A stretch of DNA of 64,000 bases from Armatimonadota bacterium (GTDB lineage Bacteria; Armatimonadota; Fimbriimonadia; Fimbriimonadales; GBS-DC), in contig JBBIJY010000006.1 in the NCBI GenBank assembly GCA_037445735.1, positions 32,001-96,000 on the forward strand, given 5' to 3'. A program made the translations under genes and the position numbers. Shown here one piece after another: positions 58,247 to 64,000 of the stretch. The notes under the pieces are model-generated. The model was not told the DNA's origin. It saw only the letters and a program-made list of their open reading frames with translations, and did no database searches. Numbering within the stretch: position 1 is the stretch's first letter; every line of letters starts with the position of its first letter.

Positions 58247-59519
58247 GCCACACCTCCACCCGCTCCCTCACCGGGCGCAGCAACAGCACCGCCAGCACCA
58301 GATAGAGCGGCACCAGCGCGAACACCCACCGCCAGCCGACGCCCAGCCCGTACGCGCGGTTCAACGCATCACCTAACGGTCCCGCCACCAGCGGCGCCAT
58401 CACCTGCGGCACGGTCATCGAAATGTGCCAGATGGCCATATAGCGACCCGATTCATTAACGGGCACAAGGTTGCTCGCCAGCGCCCAGTCGACCGCGGCG
58501 AACGCGCCCCACGCGAAGCCGAACAGCGCGCTCAAGCCGTAGACCCAGCGCAGGTCAGGCGCGACCAGAAACAGCACCGTGCCGACGCCCATCATCGCAG
58601 CGGTGTAATACATCACGCGCTTCTTGCTCGTTCGATCCGCCAGCATGCCCGCCCACCAGTTGCCCAGCACGCCTGTCAGCGTCGCTATCGTCATAATGAC
58701 GAACGCCTGCATCGGTGCGCCCGCGCCCAGCTTCATCGTGTCCCGCAAATAATACTCCAGAAAGAACAGCACCGTGTAGAAGCCGAGATTGAACGCAAAG
58801 CGCGACAGCACCACCCAGCGGAAGTTCGGATGCTCGTTCAATAAGATGTTAAAAAACAGGCGCGGGTCGACGCGCCTCTCGTCGGGGTTAGCGGGTTGCC
58901 AGCGTGGCTCGCGCAGCCCCAGCACCGTCCAGAGCATCGTTATCAGCAGCACCAGCGCCAGCACCGCGCCCACAATCAGCAGGCGTGTGGCGAGCGGGTA
59001 GCCCCTGAACAGCAGCGGCGGCTCGTTCAGCGCCAGTCCCGCCAGCGCCAGCCCTGCCAGATTGCCCACAAGGGTCATCATGCCCATATATGCCGACGCC
59101 AGCCCGTGCCGCTCCGGCGGCACATAGTCGGGAATCACCGCCTGATAGGGTCCGTTCGCCCAGTTCAGCAGCAGCTGGATCAGCCCGAAGTAGACCACCA
59201 GCAAAGCGAAGCTCGGTGTGGTCATAAACAGCAGGATGAATGGCAGGGTCAGCAGCGTGCCCCACAGAATGAAGGGGCGTCGGCGACCCAGCGGCGAGGT
59301 GCAGCGATCGCTGATCGGACCTGCGATCAACTCGATAATGGTGGAGAGCAATGCGCCCGTCGCGCTCAGCCAGCCCAGATAGGTGCCCTTCACCTGCGCC
59401 GGCACCATCTCCGCCACGCGCACCTGCATCACAATCGTCAGGAACGCCGCCCAGTGAACGCTCAATCCCAGCCAGAAAATGCTGATCGCCCAGTAATTGA
59501 CCGCCCGTGTCTCCTTCAA
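58227..59519 (-). CDS. MFS transporter
   Basis: GPISDR...GRRRPF, GMLADRTSKK, about 12 TM helices; probable TTG start at 59519 after TATAAT. Confidence 0.88.
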   Translation of the reverse strand: MKETRAVNYWAISIFWLGLSVHWAAFLTIVMQVRVAEMVPAQVKGTYLGWLSATGALLSTIIELIAGPISDRCTSPLGRRRPFILWGTLLTLPFILLFMTTPSFALLVVYFGLIQLLLNWANGPYQAVIPDYVPPERHGLASAYMGMMTLVGNLAGLALAGLALNEPPLLFRGYPLATRLLIVGAVLALVLLITMLWTVLGLREPRWQPANPDERRVDPRLFFNILLNEHPNFRWVVLSRFAFNLGFYTVLFFLEYYLRDTMKLGAGAPMQAFVIMTIATLTGVLGNWWAGMLADRTSKKRVMYYTAAMMGVGTVLFLVAPDLRWVYGLSALFGFAWGAFAAVDWALASNLVPVNESGRYMAIWHISMTVPQVMAPLVAGPLGDALNRAYGLGVGWRWVFALVPLYLVLAVLLLRPVRERVEVWRAEPGS

Positions 59520-59546
59520 GATGCAGGGATTATAGCATGGAAAGAA

Positions 59547-59650
59547 GGAGCAACAAATCCCTCTCCCCCAGCGGGGGAGAGGGTACGGGTGAGGGGAGGT
59601 TCTGAGTCCCTCTCCCCCAGCGGGGGAGAGGGTACGGGTGAGGGGGGCTA
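59547..59650. repeat. Tandem pair of REP/MITE-like palindromic units
   Basis: tccctctcccccagcgggggagagggtacgggtgagggg twice; near-identical to 62222-62322. Confidence 0.9.
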
Positions 59651-60541
59651 CACCTCCAGACCCGTTGACATCAGGTCCCGCGATAGAAGCAACGCCTCCG
59701 CTAACCACTCCAGCGAGTCGACCAGCCGCGGTCCAGGACGGCTGAAGAAGGCGCTGCCATCGGCGATGAACACTGCGCCCCGCCGAACCGCGGGCAACTC
59801 GCGCCAGCCCGGCATCGACTCCAGAATCGGCATATCCTGCCGCGTGCGCTCCACGCTGAACCCGCAGCAGGCAATCACCATCGCTTCTGGCTGCCACGCC
59901 CGCACCTCCTGCCAGTGGAGCCGCCAGGACGGCTTGCCCGCCACACCGTGCCCGTCGATGCCACCCGCCAGCGCAATCAACTCCGGCGTCCAGTGCCCGC
60001 AGGCGAACGGCGGATCGATCCATTCCAGAAACGAGACGCGCACAGGGGGCAGACCCGAGCAGCGCTCGCGCACCCGCTCGATGCGCTCACGGCAATCGGC
60101 AATCAAGCGCTCGCCGCGCTGCGGCACGCCCGCCACCGCCGCCACCTGCCAGAAGGTGTCCAGCACCTCCGCCAGCGTGGTCGGCTCCAGATTCAGCACC
60201 TGCGGACGCGGATGAAGCGACTCCACCGCCTCCAGCACCGCGTTCTGCGATACAGCGCACACCGAGCAGAGTGCCTGCGTCAAAATCAGATCGGGCTTCA
60301 GCTGCTGCAACAGCGCCGTATCAATCGCGTAAAGCGTGGCGTGCGTGAGCAGCGTTTCGGACACCATGCGGTCAATCGCGCCGCTGGGCAAGTCGGGTGG
60401 GATGAGACTGCGGGTGATGATAGGCTTGGTCAGCACCTCTGGCGGATAGTCGCACTCGTGGCTGCGGGCGATCAGGCACTCGCCCAGCCCCAGCGCATAC
60501 ACAATCTCTGTTGCGCTCGGCAAAAGCGACACAATCCGCAC
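59648..60541 (-). CDS. BtuF-like cobalamin/iron-siderophore-binding protein without signal peptide
   Basis: RIVSLLPSATEIVYALG, SHECDYP, PDLILTQ.LC.VCAV, FSRPGPRL; GTG 6 nt after TATAAT. Confidence 0.85.
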   Translation of the reverse strand: MRIVSLLPSATEIVYALGLGECLIARSHECDYPPEVLTKPIITRSLIPPDLPSGAIDRMVSETLLTHATLYAIDTALLQQLKPDLILTQALCSVCAVSQNAVLEAVESLHPRPQVLNLEPTTLAEVLDTFWQVAAVAGVPQRGERLIADCRERIERVRERCSGLPPVRVSFLEWIDPPFACGHWTPELIALAGGIDGHGVAGKPSWRLHWQEVRAWQPEAMVIACCGFSVERTRQDMPILESMPGWRELPAVRRGAVFIADGSAFFSRPGPRLVDSLEWLAEALLLSRDLMSTGLEV

Positions 60542-60616
60542 GCGCCGATTATACCTGCTCGCGACGCCCATCACCCAGCAACTCAACGAGTTTTTGCCAG
60601 ACCGCCTCCAGAACCC

Positions 60617-60645
60617 TTGACATCAGGCGAGTCTTGATATATAAT
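60617..60645 (+). promoter_or_regulatory. Perfect-consensus sigma70 promoter
   Basis: TTGACA(60617)-N17-TATAAT(60640); AGGAGG SD before ATG 60705. Confidence 0.85.
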
Positions 60646-60704
60646 AGGATGTGTCTACCCACCAACGCCTGCGAGAGGCTAACAAGAAGAGGAGGAGGTC
60701 AAAC

Positions 60705-62123
60705 ATGACACGCATGGGTTTGATGGGCAAGACGGTGCGCCTGACGATGGCGCTTGCAAGTATAGCGTTGACGAGCGCGCTTTTCGCGCAGGGAACATGG
60801 ACATGGCAGCAACAGTGCAGCAGCAACGAGTGGTCAACCATCTGTCAGGGTTCCATCTGTGGCTACGACCAGTACGGCAACCCTGTCTATCGGTACATGA
60901 ACAACTGGGGGCATGCGCCTTGTGGCTACCAGCCCGGTTTGCCCGGACCTGGCTCTATTGTGCTGTTCCCGACGGGTTCTGGAGCGTTACTTGCCAGCAA
61001 TGTGGACATCTTCAGTGTGACGATAGCCAGCGACGCCCTGCTGAACTGGAATTCGGGCACGATGACTTTGCGCGACCCCAGCGGCGCCAATCCTGGCTCC
61101 CTGAGCATTCTCAGTGGAGGCACTCTGCTGTGGAGCGGTGGCTCGCTCGACCTGCGAAGCGACTCCAACGGCAACCCCGGCACGCTGACCAACGCGGGGC
61201 TGTTGCGCTGGGTGGGCAACTACGGGCACAGGTTGAGTGGGCTGCTGGTCAATCAGAGCCAGCTGGTTCACGAGGCGGGTAGCACGGCCTTCAGCACCGC
61301 CACCTTGCGCAACGCCAGCGGAGCCACTGCCGAAGTGCGCTCTGGCAGCTGGTACAACAGCTCAGGCACCAATCGTGTGGAAAACAGCGGCACGCTGAAG
61401 AAGGTCTCGCCAGACCCCAACAATCCCACTTCATTCACCATCTCGGTCAACGCCACCAATAGCGGTCTGATTTCGGTGGAAAGCGGCACGCTCACTTTCA
61501 ATAACCTCACCCAGACCGACGGCGAGACCCGCATCTACCGCAACACCACGCTCTCGCTGAACAACCCGTTCGCGATGCAGGGCGGCAAGCTCACGGGCGC
61601 AGGCACGCTCAGCGGCAACCTCACCAACACCGCGGGCACGATTGCGCCCGGCATCGACGACCCCGACCTGCCCGACCAGAACCCGCTCGGCATCCTGACC
61701 CTGCGCGGCAACCTGACGATGGGCGCCGACGCCGCCTTTGAGGTGGAACTCGCAGGCAATAACAACTCCGACCCTGCCAACCCGCAGTATGACCGCCTCG
61801 TGGTGGACGCGAGCGGAACCACGCGCACCGTTCAGCTGGACGGCACGCTGCGCGTGAAGGGTCGGGGCGGCTATGTGCCCGCGTCGGGCGATGTGTTTGA
61901 CATTCTGGTACGCACGGGCAGCTACTGGAACTTCTCAGGCGCCTTCCACACGGTGGAGGTGGACGCCGACACATTGCCGTGCGTGGCGTTTGAGGTGCAG
62001 TATCTGTCGGATCGGGTGCGGTTAGTGGCTCAGGCGGCGGGCAGCCCCGACATCAACCGCGACGGGTGCGTGGACGACGCCGACCTGCTGGCGGTGTTGT
62101 TCGCCTTCGGGCAGGGGTGTTAG
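60705..62123 (+). CDS. Secreted beta-helix (autotransporter passenger-like) protein with a single dockerin-like repeat
   Basis: Signal peptide; G/S/T/N-rich; GKLTGAGTLSGNLTN, IAPG...GILTLRGNL; ends DINRDGCVDDADLLAVLFAFGQGC; no beta-barrel. Confidence 0.8.
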   Translation: MTRMGLMGKTVRLTMALASIALTSALFAQGTWTWQQQCSSNEWSTICQGSICGYDQYGNPVYRYMNNWGHAPCGYQPGLPGPGSIVLFPTGSGALLASNVDIFSVTIASDALLNWNSGTMTLRDPSGANPGSLSILSGGTLLWSGGSLDLRSDSNGNPGTLTNAGLLRWVGNYGHRLSGLLVNQSQLVHEAGSTAFSTATLRNASGATAEVRSGSWYNSSGTNRVENSGTLKKVSPDPNNPTSFTISVNATNSGLISVESGTLTFNNLTQTDGETRIYRNTTLSLNNPFAMQGGKLTGAGTLSGNLTNTAGTIAPGIDDPDLPDQNPLGILTLRGNLTMGADAAFEVELAGNNNSDPANPQYDRLVVDASGTTRTVQLDGTLRVKGRGGYVPASGDVFDILVRTGSYWNFSGAFHTVEVDADTLPCVAFEVQYLSDRVRLVAQAAGSPDINRDGCVDDADLLAVLFAFGQGC

Positions 62124-62125
62124 TG

Positions 62126-62386
62126 CCCTCACCCCCGTACCCCCTCTCCCACGCTGTGGGAGAGGGGGCTAAGGCGCGTTGAAGCAACCCCTCACCCCAA
62201 CCCTCTCCCCTCTGGGGAGAGGGAGCAACAAATCCCTCTCCCCCAGCGGGGGAGAGGGTACGGGTGAGGGGGTTCTGAGTCCCTCTCCCCCAGCGGGGGA
62301 GAGGGTACGGGTGAGGGGGCTATGCACCGCACGCTTGCAGGCAACCCCTCACCCCAGCCCTCTCCTTAGCGGGGAGAGGAGGGTTC
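62126..62386. repeat. Cluster of five REP/MITE-like palindromic units in mixed orientation
   Basis: ccctcacccc..ccctctccc-loop-gggagaggg units at about 62126, 62188 and 62346; inverse units at about 62233 and 62280. Confidence 0.9.
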
Positions 62387-62493
62387 TTCGATAGGGTGTC
62401 TGTCGGGGCTGATGGCGCGGGCTTTAGTCAGCGCCGAGCCGTCCGTGAGCAGGGAGAGAGTCGCTCTTTCAACGGGTGGGGTACAACCATAAC

Positions 62494-63207
62494 ATGGGCG
62501 CACGCGAACGGCGGTTGCCTGTAGCGGAGATATTCGGTCCGACGGTGCAGGGCGAGGGGCTGCTAACAGGTTGTTTGAGCCTGTTCATTCGCTTCGGGGG
62601 CTGCGACTATCGGTGCGACTGGTGCGACACGCTCTACGCCGTGCTGCCGACCTATCGCGAGGAATGGCGCTGGCTCACCGAATCGGAGATTCTGGCGGCG
62701 GTGCAGCAGCTGGCGCCGCCTCCCATTCTCATCACGCTTACGGGCGGCAACCCCGCCATCCATCCGCTAAAGCGACTGGTGGAACAGCTGCGGGCGGAGG
62801 GCTATATGCTGGCGTGCGAAACGCAGGGTTCCATCGCCCGCGAATGGTTCCGCCAGCTGAATGTGCTGGTGCTGTCGCCCAAACCGCCCAGCGCGGGTGA
62901 AAGCACGCCTGTCGAGGCGGTTCGCGCCTGCCTGCAATATGCGCCCGATGAAACCCATCTCAAAATCGTGGTGTTCAATCGGGAGGACTATCTCTACGCG
63001 CGGGCGATGTTCGAGGCGTTCCCGCAGTTGCCCGCCGTGCTGCAGATTGGCACGCCAACCGACCTGCAGACGCCCGACGAACTGGTTCAGCACTATCGGG
63101 CGATGACGGCATCCCTGCTCCAGTGGTTGCACGAGGACAGGCTCTATCGCGTGCGCCTGCTGCTGCAGGTACATCGTGTCCTGTTCGAAGCGACACGCGG
63201 GGTCTGA
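62494..63207 (+). CDS. queE: 7-carboxy-7-deazaguanine synthase (radical SAM)
   Basis: EIFGPTVQGEG, CDYRCDWCDT, TLTGGNPA, ETQGS, LSPKPPS, QVH. Confidence 0.93.
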   Translation: MGARERRLPVAEIFGPTVQGEGLLTGCLSLFIRFGGCDYRCDWCDTLYAVLPTYREEWRWLTESEILAAVQQLAPPPILITLTGGNPAIHPLKRLVEQLRAEGYMLACETQGSIAREWFRQLNVLVLSPKPPSAGESTPVEAVRACLQYAPDETHLKIVVFNREDYLYARAMFEAFPQLPAVLQIGTPTDLQTPDELVQHYRAMTASLLQWLHEDRLYRVRLLLQVHRVLFEATRGV

Positions 63208-63255
63208 ATCAGCTACCTGGTAGAAACGAGGGAAGGTTTAAACCGCAGAGGCTGA

Positions 63256-63605
63256 CTAATCCTCGAAAGTAGCGTTTTCGTCTACTTCCACATACAGAAC
63301 TTCACCGGGTTGCAGGGTTCCCAATCGGGCTTCAATATGCGGGACCGCCAAAGCTAAAGTGGAAAGGCGATTGTTGCGCGCCCGGATCACAACGACTGAT
63401 AGCGAGTATCGGGATAGATTTTGCTGTTGTGGCAATCGCTTGTCTACCGTGATTAGCACATCGAACGCCTGCGATGCAAGCTGTAGCAACTCGCTGTTGC
63501 GCACACCCTGCCAGCCATCTCGTGAACGGTGCGCACCATATATTCAGGGCTGAAGAAGCGCCTGAGCCGCCAATCCACGCACTCATCCAGCAGGAGACGC
63601 TTCAT
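63256..63605 (-). pseudogene. DUF5615 PIN-like toxin with a 1-nt deletion frameshift near 63515
   Basis: MKRLLLDECVDWRL...TVHEM continues in another frame as WQGVRNSELL...FDVLITVDKRL.QQQNL; inserting one G restores EMGW. Confidence 0.8.
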
Positions 63606-63837
63606 CAAGTATTTCCTTCAGGCGCTGGGCAACCCACTGCAGCACGCCCACTGCTTGTTCGCGCCTTACGCTGGGGAACCCCTGCAGGAACTCGTCGAGC
63701 GAGTCCCCCGCTGCCAGATATTCAAATAGTAGCGCGATGGGCACGCGCATGCCACGAAAGCATGGCTCCCCACTCACTCGGTCAGGGCTAACCCATACCA
63801 GCTCCTGTAGCGACCGAACCGAAACAGTCTTCGCCAT
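63583..63837 (-). CDS. DUF433 family putative antitoxin
   Basis: SPDRVSGEPCFRGMRVPI, GDSLDEFLQGFP; ATG 7 nt after TATAAT. Confidence 0.88.
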   Translation of the reverse strand: MAKTVSVRSLQELVWVSPDRVSGEPCFRGMRVPIALLFEYLAAGDSLDEFLQGFPSVRREQAVGVLQWVAQRLKEILDEASPAG

Positions 63838-63896
63838 CCCCACGATTATACCTGAAAGCTCTGTCACGCGGGGTCTGAATGGGTACACTTTCTCCG

Positions 63897-64000
63897 ATGA
63901 GCGAGCTGAATCCGCAGCGCGGGGTGAACTTCCCGAAAGGGTTTCGGAGCGCGGGCGTCTATTGCGGTATCAAGAAGCCCGGCTTGCTCGATCTGGCGCT
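63897..64000 (+). CDS. argJ: Ornithine acetyltransferase ArgJ, 5' end (runs off the window)
   Basis: MSELNPQRGVNFPKGFRSAGVYCGIKKPGLLDLA; not in the ORF track because it is truncated. Confidence 0.75.
   Translation, partial: MSELNPQRGVNFPKGFRSAGVYCGIKKPGLLDLA

Noticed and set aside
59520-60023. N-terminal extension of the MFS ORF and the 62179-62394 ORF
   Set aside because: They translate the palindromic repeat (PLTRTLSPAGGEG) or overlap the btuF-like gene; the real MFS start is probably TTG 59519.
59547-62386. Repeats as a CRISPR array
   Set aside because: Units are adjacent or inverted, lack unique 30-40 nt spacers, and no cas genes are present.
62387-62493. preQ1 riboswitch upstream of queE
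   Set aside because: No preQ1 stem-loop with an A-rich tail; queE appears leaderless.
62494-63207. queE as part of a 7-deazaguanine DNA modification (dpd) island
   Set aside because: No dpdA/tgt-like, queC, queD or folE genes nearby; consistent with dispersed queuosine genes.
63897-63960. c-di-AMP (ydaO) riboswitch-like words gctgaatcc / ggggtgaa
   Set aside because: The sequence is fully explained as the argJ coding start.

Overview
GC-rich bacterial chromosome segment with about 62 densely packed CDS and no rRNA, tRNA, CRISPR array or intact transposase that I can see. The recurring C-terminal 'GDxNxDGxVDDADLLxVLFxFG' domain and the DUF1559-type prepilin suggest a member of Armatimonadota (inference, not a database result). 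The genes are mostly housekeeping genes separated from their usual operons (argD, argJ, hisB, pstB, larE, queE, holA, rimI, corA), plus a pilB-pilT-pilC-pilD type IV pilus core operon. Main points of interest: (1) four unrelated secreted proteins share a twin EF-hand dockerin-like C-terminal tag in two subtypes, a candidate surface display or assembly system; (2) uvrA stops cleanly after its UvrB-binding domain; (3) many genes have a GG-TAnnnT -10 box 6-8 nt before the start codon, implying leaderless mRNAs; (4) a sigma28-like promoter precedes a MerR gene and a GT4-TPR-GT2-TPR glycosyltransferase; (5) a VWA protein carries four RTQA repeats resembling FHA-binding phosphothreonine sites; (6) a RelE-like toxin stub is fused to corA; (7) REP/MITE-like palindromes include a ~100 bp direct repeat bracketing two genes; (8) GGCC and ACGT look strongly avoided; (9) there is an orphan, C-terminally short CcrM-like methyltransferase, a Pho box, and two single-base frameshifts. 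Start codons were adjusted by eye from the ORF track, and all family assignments come from motif recognition without database searches.
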